A stretch of 64,000 nucleotides of DNA from Leptospira sp. (lineage in GTDB: Bacteria; Spirochaetota; Leptospiria; Leptospirales; Leptospiraceae), in assembly GCA_034439575.1 (NCBI GenBank), contig JAWXAQ010000007.1:288454-352453 (forward strand). Direction: 5' to 3'. The translations under genes and the position numbers were made by a program. The stretch's first letter is position 1. Each line of letters starts with the position of its first letter. The notes below the pieces were generated by a model, which was not told the DNA's origin, searched no databases, and was given only the letters and a program-made list of their open reading frames with translations. This document shows, piece after piece, positions 49,079 to 59,738 of the stretch.

Positions 49079-52060
49079 ATGAAAAAACTCATCACATTTG
49101 CATCGCTTACGATCTCTCTTTTACTTCCTTTTGCTATTTGGTCGCAGGCTACCGGTTCGATCAAAGGTACTATCATTGATTCCGAAAATGGAGAAGCCGT
49201 ATTTGGCGCGACGATAGTCGTTCGTTCCGAAAAGAAATTCGCAAAAACAGACTTTGACGGAAAATATTCCTTAGATCTTGCTCCAGGCAATTACCAAGTT
49301 GAATTCCAAATGTACGGTTATGGTCCGCAGACAAGATCCATCACAGTTTCGCCTGGAAAATCAGTAACACAAAATGTTACCTTCGGTGCGCAAACTTTAG
49401 AAACTGTGGAAGTAAAGGATCGAGCTATAAATGAATCCGATTCTGCACTCCTTAATCTCCAAAGAAAATCTGCCACTGTATCTGATGGAATTGGATCCGA
49501 GTCGATCAAAAAGTCTCCCGATTCATCTGCTAGTGAAGTAGTTCGTCGGGTCACAGGAATTACGTTAGTTGGTGGTAAATTTGTATTTGTTCGAGGACTT
49601 GGAGAAAGATATTCTTCGACATATCTAAATGATGCTTATATTCCTTCTACGGAACCTGACAAACGTGTGGTGCCGTTGGATTTGTTTCCAGCGTCTTTGA
49701 TTAAAAATATTCGAATTATTAAATCGTTTGTTCCTGAAGAGTCTGGTGAGTTTTCAGGCGGACTTGTTAAAATTGAAACCAAAGACTATCCTGATCAATT
49801 TTTTATGAATGTCGGTGTAGGCATCGGGATGAATGCAAACACAACACGAAATAAATGGCTGACTTTTAATGGTGGAGATTTTTTCGGAAGACCAACAGCT
49901 AGCCAGGAATTGCCAAGTATTGTAAAATCCGTACCGGATGTACTTCCTTTTGAACCAGGAAATAGATTCGGTGGAATCCCTTCGCAATTAGTTGGGATTG
50001 GAGCTGCAACATTTCCTAGCAATTGGAGTTCAGAAGAGACGAAGGCACCTTATGATCGGAACTTTAATTTCTCAACTGGAAATACATTTAAACTAACAGA
50101 AACAGGACAAAGACTAGGCATTATTTTCGGAACGACACATTCTGTTGATTATCGTTTTAGAAGACAAAAAGATGTTAGATACATTCCTGGAAATCCTATT
50201 GCCACTACATTTACTGACCTAACAACGATTTCTCCATTACAATCACAAAATGCTGATATTTACGTAGAAGAGCGGTTATTCGGTAACAATTTAAATTTAA
50301 ATTATGAGCCAATGACGGGACAACAGTTCTTTTTAAAGAACTTTTATTCTGTGTCTTCGGAAAAAACCGTTAGAGAAGCACAAGGTTTTAACAATATTGA
50401 CACTTTTGAATTTTTTTCACAGACTCATGATTTTATAAGTCGTCAACTATTTAACAGTTCGTTAGGTGGAAAACATGCAATTAATCTGTTCGGTGCAAAT
50501 CGTCCTCATACATTAGATTGGCAGGCAAATTTAGGGGAAGCAAAACGTGACGAACCAAATTTGACTCAACAAGTTTGGCGAAGACCACAAGGTGCCAATC
50601 CAACTACCATTCCTACTCGTCTCGGAAACAACCCAGATGGATCAAGATTTTATTCAAACGCGACGGATACCGTTAGAAGTGCCTCTGTAGCATATGAAAT
50701 TCCATTTGACCAATGGAATGGATTAAAATCCACATTTAAGTTTGGTGGTAGTGCTTTAGATCGTTTTAAATCTTTTAAGTTTCGTGAATTTGGATCAAAA
50801 TCAAACACTGGAGTTGGTACAGCCGATTCATATTTAGTACCTGGTGAAATTGTCTACAATCCTGCAGAATATCTTCGTAGCAATTCTAATGGCCTACCTA
50901 ACAAAACATTTTCTGAACGTCAGGTGGAACCAAACGCTTATGATGCGTTTCAAAAATTACATAGTTTTTTTGGTCAGGTCGATATTCCCATAGTTTCAAA
51001 AGTTCGATTTATCGGTGGTGTTCGTTACGAAGATTCCTATCAGTATGTTAAGACATTCGTTTTAAAAGATCAGTGGAATGGAGCAAAGCCAACTTACGGA
51101 TGTGATACGAAAAGTGAATATGAAAGATTGGCATTAGTAAATAGCAGAGCTTGTGCCGCTGACAATAATGGTATTGGTGAACTCAGAACAAGAGACAAAT
51201 TACCTAGTGCTAACTTCGTTTATGAATTTTTAAAAGATCAAAATTTACGCTTTGGGTATTCTGAAACTGTAACAAGACCGGATTTTAGAGAATTATCTCC
51301 ATTCGCATTTACTCCGTTCTTCGGGGCAGATAGGATACGCGGAAATTCTGACTTAAACCGAACCTACATCCATAACTATGACTTTCGTTGGGAATGGTAT
51401 ATGGGAGCTACAAATTATGTAGGTGCTGGTGCGTTTATGAAGGACATGTCAAATCCTATCGAAACAATCGGTCAACCAGTGGCCGGCCAAGTATCACCTT
51501 TCTTTACTTATGCGAATGCAGGCAAAGCAACGATTCGCGGTGTTGAGATTGATTTCAGAAGAGAATTTTTTGATAAAATCCGTTTTGAAACAAACTTTTA
51601 CTTTATCAAATCACTCGTAAACGTAGTTTCTTGGGAACAATTTACCATTGGACGAGCTGGACTTTTAGATCGAAATGATCGAAGTTTTTCTTATGATCCA
51701 ACTAACATTAGACGATCATTGCAAGGTCAATCAGACTTCGTGGCAAACCTTAAATTCGATGTCTTTATCACAAAAGCCAAAGATATGACGATCGGTTTAT
51801 ACTATAATTATTTTGGTGATAGGATCTATGTGGTGGGTGCTAATGGTACACCAGACTCTTACGAAAAAGGCGTGGGTATTACAGATTTAGTTTATTCAGC
51901 AAAGAAAGACGACAAATTAGATTTTAAATTTGCCGCACGTAATATCTTTGATCAGAGATTTAGAATATATGTGAGAGACGAACTATTGAACGAAGAAAAA
52001 CTTTTCCGTTCCTATCGGGAAGGTGTTTCGTTTTCAATGTCTGCAACGTATAAATTCTAA
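49079..52060 (+). CDS. TonB-dependent receptor with N-terminal carboxypeptidase-regulatory-like domain
   Basis: Signal peptide, [17 protein letters not shown], plug VRGLGERYS...PLDLFP...[16 protein letters not shown], barrel ending YKF. Confidence 0.93.
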   Translation: MKKLITFASLTISLLLPFAIWSQATGSIKGTIIDSENGEAVFGATIVVRSEKKFAKTDFDGKYSLDLAPGNYQVEFQMYGYGPQTRSITVSPGKSVTQNVTFGAQTLETVEVKDRAINESDSALLNLQRKSATVSDGIGSESIKKSPDSSASEVVRRVTGITLVGGKFVFVRGLGERYSSTYLNDAYIPSTEPDKRVVPLDLFPASLIKNIRIIKSFVPEESGEFSGGLVKIETKDYPDQFFMNVGVGIGMNANTTRNKWLTFNGGDFFGRPTASQELPSIVKSVPDVLPFEPGNRFGGIPSQLVGIGAATFPSNWSSEETKAPYDRNFNFSTGNTFKLTETGQRLGIIFGTTHSVDYRFRRQKDVRYIPGNPIATTFTDLTTISPLQSQNADIYVEERLFGNNLNLNYEPMTGQQFFLKNFYSVSSEKTVREAQGFNNIDTFEFFSQTHDFISRQLFNSSLGGKHAINLFGANRPHTLDWQANLGEAKRDEPNLTQQVWRRPQGANPTTIPTRLGNNPDGSRFYSNATDTVRSASVAYEIPFDQWNGLKSTFKFGGSALDRFKSFKFREFGSKSNTGVGTADSYLVPGEIVYNPAEYLRSNSNGLPNKTFSERQVEPNAYDAFQKLHSFFGQVDIPIVSKVRFIGGVRYEDSYQYVKTFVLKDQWNGAKPTYGCDTKSEYERLALVNSRACAADNNGIGELRTRDKLPSANFVYEFLKDQNLRFGYSETVTRPDFRELSPFAFTPFFGADRIRGNSDLNRTYIHNYDFRWEWYMGATNYVGAGAFMKDMSNPIETIGQPVAGQVSPFFTYANAGKATIRGVEIDFRREFFDKIRFETNFYFIKSLVNVVSWEQFTIGRAGLLDRNDRSFSYDPTNIRRSLQGQSDFVANLKFDVFITKAKDMTIGLYYNYFGDRIYVVGANGTPDSYEKGVGITDLVYSAKKDDKLDFKFAARNIFDQRFRIYVRDELLNEEKLFRSYREGVSFSMSATYKF

Positions 52061-52070
52061 AAGGAACTTT

Positions 52071-52880
52071 CTATTTTACTGAATCTGCATTTAACATAAT
52101 TGGCATTCCGTCCTTGCCACTTGGCATGATGATCAATTTGTTATTTGGATTCTCTACAGCTTTTAGTTGGATGTATTTTTGTGTAATGGATTCAGCTAAA
52201 AGTTTTTGTGCCTTTGCTTGTGCTTCTGCTTCGATGAGGATCGCTTTTGCTTTTCCTTCAGATGTTATAATTTGAATTTCTGCATCACGTTTAGCGATGT
52301 TAATTTCAAATTTCATTTGTTCCTGTTCTTGTTGTTTTGTTAATTTTGTTTCTATGGCTCTTAAAATGGAAGGGCTATACTCTACATCATCAATGATCAC
52401 ATCATCAATATCGACGTGTTTGTTGGAAAGTTTTTCGACAAGATTCTTTTTAATTTGAATCGATACGTTAGGTGTCTCCTTGGAGATAGAAACCATGTTG
52501 TATGCAGATAATATATTTCGGATAGATGTTCGAAATTGTGGGCGGACTACTTTTTCGTAATAGTCAGTTCCGATCTCCATTTGTAATTCATAAAGTTCAT
52601 TTTCTTTCGCTCGCGCTATCAATTGAGCCGTCACGACAATCGTTAAATCATCTCGAGTTAAAACTTCAACTTTTTCTTGGTAAGATCTCCATTGAATCGA
52701 ATACGTATAAACACTGTTCCACGGGAGATAAAATTGCACTTTGGAATCAAGTGGCTTTTGTCCAAGACCACTGCTATAAGGTTTCCACATCAATCCGACT
52801 TCACCTGGATCAATGATAGTGATACAATTGGAAAGAAGGAAGGAGACAAGCGAGATAGCAAAAAATAGTCGACGGTTCAT
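52071..52880 (-). CDS. SPFH/prohibitin (band 7) family protein
   Basis: IIDPGEVG, VLTRDDL, AIETK...EQE, AEAQAKA coiled coil, YIQLKA; LSNC lipobox-like. Confidence 0.9.
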   Translation of the reverse strand: MNRRLFFAISLVSFLLSNCITIIDPGEVGLMWKPYSSGLGQKPLDSKVQFYLPWNSVYTYSIQWRSYQEKVEVLTRDDLTIVVTAQLIARAKENELYELQMEIGTDYYEKVVRPQFRTSIRNILSAYNMVSISKETPNVSIQIKKNLVEKLSNKHVDIDDVIIDDVEYSPSILRAIETKLTKQQEQEQMKFEINIAKRDAEIQIITSEGKAKAILIEAEAQAKAQKLLAESITQKYIQLKAVENPNNKLIIMPSGKDGMPIMLNADSVK

Positions 52881-52905
52881 AATAATAACCTACACTTAAT
52901 GGAGA

Positions 52906-53400
52906 ATGTTTTCAATACCTTTGTTAGACCGAAGTTCAGGGAAATTAACTTTTATTCTCCTTTGTCTGGTGTTTTGTCTCCCGAATTGCCAAAATGATGA
53001 AACAGTCAAAAAGGATCTCCCGAAGCAGGAGATTGTTTTTTTTCAAGCCATTGACCAAGGCGATTATGAAAAAGTTCAAAAAATGCTAAACGAAGGATTT
53101 CCGATCAATAAAAAAGATACGTATGGAAATTCCGCGCTGATTCGAGCTGTTGACCAAGAAGAAACCAAAATAGTTCAATTATTACTTGATAAAGGTGCCA
53201 ATCCGAATCTGAGAAACACGGTGGGCGAAACGGCACTATACAGGGCTGTTTTTCGGGGTAATTTTTCTCTCGTGAAGTATTTGGTGGAGAAAGGAGCAGA
53301 GACAAAAATAAAAAATATTGAAGGAGTCAGTCCTGTGCAACTCGCAGATGATAGAGGCGAAGATGCCATCCAAAAATATCTGGAAAGCCTTAACAAGTAG
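52906..53400 (+). CDS. Ankyrin-repeat lipoprotein
   Basis: GNSALIRA, LLLDKGANPN, GETALYRA, YLVEKGA; LPNC lipobox. Confidence 0.88.
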   Translation: MFSIPLLDRSSGKLTFILLCLVFCLPNCQNDETVKKDLPKQEIVFFQAIDQGDYEKVQKMLNEGFPINKKDTYGNSALIRAVDQEETKIVQLLLDKGANPNLRNTVGETALYRAVFRGNFSLVKYLVEKGAETKIKNIEGVSPVQLADDRGEDAIQKYLESLNK

Positions 53401-53488
53401 TACGCCCAAAAGATTTCATAAATAATACTCGATTTTTTAAAACATTCCTAAATACTTTTGAGTTTTACAGAACTCAAGGAATTCTTTT

Positions 53489-53734
53489 ATGCCAGCATCT
53501 CCTTTAAAGAATTTAGCACTTAGTGAAAATGGATTTGTTTTTGATCCATCCAGTGGCAATACGTTTATTTTAAATGAAACTGCCCTAAGTATTGTTAAAC
53601 TATTAATTCAAGAAAAAACTAAAGAAGAAATATTAACTCACCTTATTAAAGAGTATGATACAAATTCGGAAGAATTGGAGCGAGATTATTCTGATCTAAC
53701 GATACAATTACGAGAATTAGGCTTAATTGAATGA
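53489..53734 (+). CDS. PqqD family / RiPP recognition element (RRE) protein
   Basis: 81 aa; FVFDPSSGNTFILNETALSIVKLL...EEI...LIKEYD...LERD...LRELGLIE (three strands plus three helices, PqqD pattern). Confidence 0.85.
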   Translation: MPASPLKNLALSENGFVFDPSSGNTFILNETALSIVKLLIQEKTKEEILTHLIKEYDTNSEELERDYSDLTIQLRELGLIE

Positions 53735-54777
53735 ATAGACCCGTGGTTGCTGTCTCTGGAATGAGTGCAGTAGATAGTCCAGCACCTGGCGTACCCGTAT
53801 TGCGCTCGTTAAAGGAATCTAAGCTAGACCCTGTACTCATTGGACTATCTTATGGAACTTTGGAACCGGGCAATTTCATGACAGAATTATTGGAAAATTC
53901 TTATATTATGCCTTATCCCAATTCTGGGCCTCAAGTATTGCTAGAAAGAATAAAAAATATTCACAGTAAACAAAAGTTAGATGTTATTATACCGACTCTA
54001 GATTCAGAATTGGAAAATTATATTTCTATTCAGTCCGAATTATCTCAAATGGGAATTCGAATGACCTTACCTGGTAAAAAGGAATTACATACTAGAGATA
54101 AAACTTTTTTGAATGAAACTTTTAAACAAAGCGAAGTTCTTCTACCTGAAACAATTGCTATCAATGATATAACAGCACTTCGGCAAGTTGCAGATGAAAT
54201 CGGATATCCTGTGCTAATAAAAGGAATCTTTTATGAAGCATATCTTGCACGAACATATGAAGAAGCAGTTGGATTTTTTTATATGTTAGCTTCAAAATGG
54301 GGAATGCCAATTATCATTCAGAAATTTATTTCGGGAGAAGAGTGTAACGTTTGTGCATTGGCCAATCAGGGAACATTGACTGGTGCTGTGGTGATGAAAA
54401 AATTGTTTCTGACAGATAAAGGAAAAGCTTGGGCTGGTGTTACAATTAATAACCAAGAAGCACTCAAAACATCGGAAAAAATTTTAGAACAGATAGGATG
54501 GAATGGTGGTTGTGAATTGGAATTTATTGTGGAGAGTAGAACAAATAAAATGTATCTACTAGAAATCAATCCAAGATTGCCAGCTTGGGTATATCTTGCC
54601 ACTGCGGCTGGTCAAAATTTACCTGACGCTATTCTTAGAATGTCGTTAGGCGAAAACGTATTACCTTACAAAGATTATAAAATAGGTATGGTTTTTGTGC
54701 GTCATAGTTGGGATGAAATCATTCCCATGGATGCACTCGAATCTTTATCAATATACGGACAATTAAAAGAGAATTAG
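53731..54777 (+). CDS. ATP-grasp amidoligase (carbamoyl-phosphate-synthase-like)
   Basis: DVIIPTLDSEL, RDK, GYPVLIKG, IIQKFISGEE, ELEF, LLEINPR. Confidence 0.88.
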   Translation: MNRPVVAVSGMSAVDSPAPGVPVLRSLKESKLDPVLIGLSYGTLEPGNFMTELLENSYIMPYPNSGPQVLLERIKNIHSKQKLDVIIPTLDSELENYISIQSELSQMGIRMTLPGKKELHTRDKTFLNETFKQSEVLLPETIAINDITALRQVADEIGYPVLIKGIFYEAYLARTYEEAVGFFYMLASKWGMPIIIQKFISGEECNVCALANQGTLTGAVVMKKLFLTDKGKAWAGVTINNQEALKTSEKILEQIGWNGGCELEFIVESRTNKMYLLEINPRLPAWVYLATAAGQNLPDAILRMSLGENVLPYKDYKIGMVFVRHSWDEIIPMDALESLSIYGQLKEN

Positions 54778-54787
54778 AAAATATTTT

Positions 54788-56119
54788 ATGGAAAAAAAAA
54801 CTTATATCCGACCACAGATCCGAAAACAATACTTAGGTGCTTCAAATAAATTTGGAGGGTATACTCCTCCAGAAACTTTGTCTTCTATTGATGGAGTTTC
54901 GATTGAATCCCTTATAAAGGAATACGGATCTCCTTTATTTATATTTTCTGAATCCACGATCAAAAAGAAGGCACAAAGCTACAAACAAGCGTTTGAGTCT
55001 CGGTATCCACTTTTTCAACCTACTTGGTCGTACAAAACTAATTATCTCAATGCGATATGTAAAGTTTTTCATAAAGAAGGATTTTGGGCGGAAGTGGTTT
55101 CCTCTTTCGAATACCAAAAGGCCCGAAAGAACGGCATTCCTGGGAACAAAATCATATTCAACGGTCCTTATAAACCCTACCAAGCCTTGAAATTGGCGGT
55201 TTCTGAAGGAGCTAGAATTCATATAGATCATTTAGATGAAATTAAAGATTTACTTCAAATATCAGATGAACTCGGTAAAAAAATCGATGTAAGTTTGAGA
55301 ATTTCCATCGATACAGGAACCTATCCAACTTGGAGTAGATTTGGTTTTAATCTGGAATCAGGTCATGCTTTAGAAGCGGCAAGAAAAATAGCACATAGCA
55401 ATGGCAAATTGGCATTAGTTGGTGTTCATACTCATATCGGCACATTTATGTTAGATCCAAATTCATATAAACGTGCGGCTATAAAAGTCTCTGCTTTTTA
55501 TAAAACTTTGCGTGATGAACTCAGACAACCTATGACATACATTGACTTAGGTGGCGGTTTTGTATCGGCGAGTAAATTAAAAGGTTCTTATCTTTCAAAT
55601 GCCTCCCTTTTGCCAAATTTTGATCAATATGCAGAAGTTATATGTGCAGCTCTTTATGATTCTTTTTCACCAGAGCAACCGCCAGCTTTATTTTTAGAAT
55701 CAGGTAGAGCTCTTATTGACGAAGCCGGATACCTTGCAAGTACAGTCGTCGGTATCAAAACATTACCGACAGGTAAACGAGCGATGGTCATTGATGCAGG
55801 TGTAAATCTTCTTTATACGAGTACTTGGTATGATTATAATATATCACCAATCAAAGAGTATACGAAAGTATATGAAGATGTGATTCTCTATGGACCATTA
55901 TGTATGAATATTGATGTCGTTAGAGAAAGTTGTCTATTACCTAACATAACTCGAGGAGAAAGTATCGTTATACATCCAGTAGGTGCTTATAATGTAACAC
56001 AATGGATGCAGTTTATAGAAATGAGACCGGCAATTGTAATGATTTTATCAAATGGCGAAATTAAACAAATACGAAAAAGAGAAAATGTAGATGATATCAA
56101 TCATATGGAGTTAGAATGA
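54788..56119 (+). CDS. PLP-dependent fold-III (diaminopimelate/ornithine decarboxylase-like) enzyme with N-terminal extension
   Basis: YGSPLFI, WSYKTN (PLP Lys), EVVS, IIFNGPYK, SRFG, HTHIG, DLGGGF, ESGR, GPLC, GAY. Confidence 0.88.
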   Translation: MEKKTYIRPQIRKQYLGASNKFGGYTPPETLSSIDGVSIESLIKEYGSPLFIFSESTIKKKAQSYKQAFESRYPLFQPTWSYKTNYLNAICKVFHKEGFWAEVVSSFEYQKARKNGIPGNKIIFNGPYKPYQALKLAVSEGARIHIDHLDEIKDLLQISDELGKKIDVSLRISIDTGTYPTWSRFGFNLESGHALEAARKIAHSNGKLALVGVHTHIGTFMLDPNSYKRAAIKVSAFYKTLRDELRQPMTYIDLGGGFVSASKLKGSYLSNASLLPNFDQYAEVICAALYDSFSPEQPPALFLESGRALIDEAGYLASTVVGIKTLPTGKRAMVIDAGVNLLYTSTWYDYNISPIKEYTKVYEDVILYGPLCMNIDVVRESCLLPNITRGESIVIHPVGAYNVTQWMQFIEMRPAIVMILSNGEIKQIRKRENVDDINHMELE

Positions 56120-58221
56120 AAAATTCCCTTAAGACAGTTGGGATTTCGACACTTTCTGCCTATTCTACAGTATTGTTTAGCGGTAGTCCGATTTTAGGAT
56201 TTTTAATTTTTTGTGCTACACTTTTTAATCCACCTGCTGCATTGACTGGATTGCTTGGCATATTATTTTCAAATTTTCTGGCCTTATTTTTAGGCGTTTA
56301 TGAAGAACGAATTCGAAAAGGCCTATATGGCTTTAATGGTTTGTTAGTCGGACTTTCTGTTAGTATTTATCATCAAGTAGATTTAAATTTGATAATAATA
56401 TTACTAGCGGCGATAATTTTATTAGTATTTGTCACTCTTTCTCTTGAGTATATACTGTCCTATTTTTTTGGTTTGCCTGTGTTATCACTTCCATTTGTGA
56501 TCGTGAGCATCATTTTATACTTGTCTTTTTATGACTATAAAGGATTAACCAACAAACAAGCATATGTCTTTCCATATGACAATTTGTTTCCTGAAATACC
56601 TTACTATATACTTTATTATTTAAAAAGTTTGGGAGGTATATTTTTTCAATCAAGTCCATGGTCTGGATTATGTATCGCCATCATACTTTTAATATCGAGT
56701 CGCATAGTTTTTTTATTATCTGTGTTAGGTTTTGGCTTGGGTTTGACATTCCATATTTTTTTAAATGGAAATTTGGATGGTATCGCGATAGGAAATGTTG
56801 GATTTAATTATATCCTTACATCCATCGGCGTTGGTGGTTATTTTTTAATCCCAAGTCCATATACTTTTATATTGGCAGGCTTTTCTGCGATTGCAAGCGC
56901 ACTCGTATCTTCTTTCACAAAAGTATTTTTAGTCCAATTTAATGTTCCCGTTTTTGCTCTACCATTTGCAACTGTTACACTTTTGTTTATTTATGTAGCA
57001 AGACTTCTCAGAAATCCAAAATTTATTTTTGTCGATTTTCCTCCAGGATCCCCGGAAAGAAATTTAGATTATTTTAAAACTAGATTGAAACGATTCGGAG
57101 ACAATGGCGCCTATATTCGTCTTCCTTTTTCTGGAAAATGGCAAGTTAGCCAAGGTTATAATGGTAAGTATACTCATAAGGATTCATGGAAAGAAAGTTT
57201 GGACTTTATGGCTGTTGGACCTGATGGCAAACTTCGTAAAGGAAATGAGAATGCGATGGGCGATTTTTATACTTACGGACTGAATGTTCTTTCACCATCC
57301 TATGGTCGAGTGATCAAAGTGATTAATCATATCGAAGACAATCCGATCGGAAGTGTGGATACAAAAAATAATTGGGGAAATTTGGTTTTAATAGAACATG
57401 CCCCTTATTTCTATTCTCAAATTTCTCACCTCCAAAAAAATAGCATTGTTGTCAAGGAGGGAGATATAATCCAAGCAGGGACCAAAATTGGTTTGGCCGG
57501 AAACTCTGGTAGAAGTTTGGAACCGCACATTCATCTTCATTTCCAATCTACACCAGAAGTGGGGAGTTCAACAATCCCGATTACCTTTACTCAGTACCAA
57601 GATGAATCAGAAAGCAAAATTCAAATTAAATTTAATTCAATCCCTAAAGAAAGAGAAATTGTTAATAATTTATCACCTGATTTTAATTTAAAAAATTTCT
57701 TTTTGCTTTCGCCCGGAGAAACGTTTAAGATAAAATTTGAAATGGTAGGTAAGAGTATCTATGAGGATGTTTGGAAAGTGAATTTGGATTTAATGGGAAA
57801 TCGCTACATTGAAGATGATAGAAACAATCGACTTTATTTCATTTCTTCCTTAGATTATTTTGCTTGTTTAGATTATATTGGAAAAAAGAAAACCAGTCTG
57901 TTTTTCTTTTTTTTAGCAGCATATAGAATTCCTTATGTAAGAAATCAAAGTTTTTTCGAAGATCAAATTTCTTATAAACCATTTTCAAATATTTTTATTA
58001 GATTTTTAAAAGATTTAATTCATCCTTTTAGCGAAACTGTAGGCTTTCAATGGAAAAGTAAACTTAAAGAAATTGATAATACGATTAAAATTGAATCTGA
58101 AGTTATCGGTAGGTCAAATAAACCGATATATGAAATTTCACTTGATCCAAGTAAGCTGATGCCTGGTGAAATCAATGCTCGTGATTTATTCGGCAATGAA
58201 TGGATTCTTAGCAAAATATGA
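56116..58221 (+). CDS. Urea-transporter-family membrane domain fused to M23 peptidase-like domain
   Basis: About 10 TM with GLYGFNGLLVG, PVLSLPFV, VGFNYIL, PVFALPF duplicated UT signatures; then LPFSGKWQVSQG, WGNLVLIEH, SHL, VKEGD, GNSGRSLEPHIH. Confidence 0.85.
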   Translation: MKNSLKTVGISTLSAYSTVLFSGSPILGFLIFCATLFNPPAALTGLLGILFSNFLALFLGVYEERIRKGLYGFNGLLVGLSVSIYHQVDLNLIIILLAAIILLVFVTLSLEYILSYFFGLPVLSLPFVIVSIILYLSFYDYKGLTNKQAYVFPYDNLFPEIPYYILYYLKSLGGIFFQSSPWSGLCIAIILLISSRIVFLLSVLGFGLGLTFHIFLNGNLDGIAIGNVGFNYILTSIGVGGYFLIPSPYTFILAGFSAIASALVSSFTKVFLVQFNVPVFALPFATVTLLFIYVARLLRNPKFIFVDFPPGSPERNLDYFKTRLKRFGDNGAYIRLPFSGKWQVSQGYNGKYTHKDSWKESLDFMAVGPDGKLRKGNENAMGDFYTYGLNVLSPSYGRVIKVINHIEDNPIGSVDTKNNWGNLVLIEHAPYFYSQISHLQKNSIVVKEGDIIQAGTKIGLAGNSGRSLEPHIHLHFQSTPEVGSSTIPITFTQYQDESESKIQIKFNSIPKEREIVNNLSPDFNLKNFFLLSPGETFKIKFEMVGKSIYEDVWKVNLDLMGNRYIEDDRNNRLYFISSLDYFACLDYIGKKKTSLFFFFLAAYRIPYVRNQSFFEDQISYKPFSNIFIRFLKDLIHPFSETVGFQWKSKLKEIDNTIKIESEVIGRSNKPIYEISLDPSKLMPGEINARDLFGNEWILSKI

Positions 58222-59738
58222 AAAAGTACATTCTAATATTATTAATGCTGAATGTTGTTTCAGTCTTCGCCCAAGAAAAATCAAATATACAGTTAGACAA
58301 AAAAAAATATTATGAAACGATTCAAAATTTGGACAAAGCTATCACAATCGAACCAAATTCTGGCATTTTATATTTGAATCGTGCTTATGCACTCATGATG
58401 ATAGGTTCTTATGAAAAGGCTCTATTGGATTACAATGTAGCTTATGAAAAGACTTTGGCCTTTGATGCCTTGGTGGGAATTCAATGGGCAGAATTTTCAT
58501 TAGAACATTATGAAAAATCCATTTTAATCGGAGAACAAATCTTAGACCAAGTGCCTAATCATTATTATGTGCTTTATCGCATGGCTGAAGCATATTTTTT
58601 TCTAAAAGATTATTCTAAAGCCTACCAATTTTACGGTGAACTCATAGACTCTCATGGAGAAACGGGATATTTAGTTTGGAAAAAAGGTTTATCAGCGTAT
58701 TACTTAGAAAATTATATCAAGGCGGATGCTTTATTTAAACGAGCCTATGCCTTAGAACCAAGTCATCCAGGTATTGAATATTCATATAACAATTCAAAGG
58801 TGTATCCATATTTTGTGATCAATCCTGAAATAACATCATTCCAATTTAAAGGTTCTGATTTTTTAGGTAAAGGGGAACGAGCAGGTATTAATATCGGAAT
58901 TGGTTTAGATTCGGATTGGTCATTTCGTGTTGGTGCTTCTCGCGATGTGACACAAAATCTAAATTCGTCAAAAGGTGTAGAAAATTATTTTTTTGACCCA
59001 TTGGCATTTGTGTATTATAATTATTATAGATATACACCAGCTAACATAGGTACTTATATTACTCAGCCTATTAATTTGTACAACGTCAATAACCTATTAT
59101 CAGAAGAAAACTATGTGACAAACAAAGGATCACTTGGTATCACATATCGCCTTTCAGAGAAATATTCTTTGTCTACTTCTGGAAATTATTTGAGTTCAAA
59201 TTCAAAATATCTGCATGGAGGAGGGACAGGTCAAATCGGAATAGTCTATACTAACTTCTATTCAATGGGATTTAATCTAAGTGCGATTTCTCATCCGCAA
59301 AGTAAAGGTGGGCAAGGATCTTACTTTTTCTCGATTCCATTTTTTGAATATTTTTATTCTACTTCCACAATTACAGGTCAATCAATGAAAGTTGATAGCA
59401 GTGAAATACAATTTTATTCACTATCCCCACCATCAACGTATACTGAAAATATAACTAGAAGTAGAAATTATGGTTTTTTCCAACAGGAATTTGGTTTTAA
59501 TTCTAAATACTTTTTTACAAGTCTTGGTGGGCGAGTGGGCAAAGCTAGAAACCCACTTTTTGGTGAATCTTGGATTTATCCAGGGTTTGACTTGTTAAAT
59601 GGTGGTTACGGAAGGATTGGTGTAAGATATTCTAGTTTTACATTGCAAGTTGATGTAAGTCGTGATTTTTGGCTAGATTCACGTAATGATCGTCCAGTTT
59701 CAGATACAATAAAACTTAGTTTAGTAGGTGCATTTTGA
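58218..59738 (+). CDS. Exported TPR protein with aromatic beta-rich C-terminus (possible outer-membrane barrel)
   Basis: Signal peptide (VFA-Q), TPR helices, alternating beta pattern, terminal Phe (LSLVGAF). Confidence 0.7.
   Translation: MKKYILILLMLNVVSVFAQEKSNIQLDKKKYYETIQNLDKAITIEPNSGILYLNRAYALMMIGSYEKALLDYNVAYEKTLAFDALVGIQWAEFSLEHYEKSILIGEQILDQVPNHYYVLYRMAEAYFFLKDYSKAYQFYGELIDSHGETGYLVWKKGLSAYYLENYIKADALFKRAYALEPSHPGIEYSYNNSKVYPYFVINPEITSFQFKGSDFLGKGERAGINIGIGLDSDWSFRVGASRDVTQNLNSSKGVENYFFDPLAFVYYNYYRYTPANIGTYITQPINLYNVNNLLSEENYVTNKGSLGITYRLSEKYSLSTSGNYLSSNSKYLHGGGTGQIGIVYTNFYSMGFNLSAISHPQSKGGQGSYFFSIPFFEYFYSTSTITGQSMKVDSSEIQFYSLSPPSTYTENITRSRNYGFFQQEFGFNSKYFFTSLGGRVGKARNPLFGESWIYPGFDLLNGGYGRIGVRYSSFTLQVDVSRDFWLDSRNDRPVSDTIKLSLVGAF

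Noticed and set aside
53400-53488. Stand-alone RiPP precursor peptide next to the PqqD/ATP-grasp genes
   Set aside because: No convincing small ORF with RBS in the 88-bp gap, and the other junctions overlap or are 10 bp; a remote precursor cannot be excluded
54788-56119. Calling this gene lysA
   Set aside because: Substrate-binding motifs deviate and the context is non-housekeeping; symbol withheld
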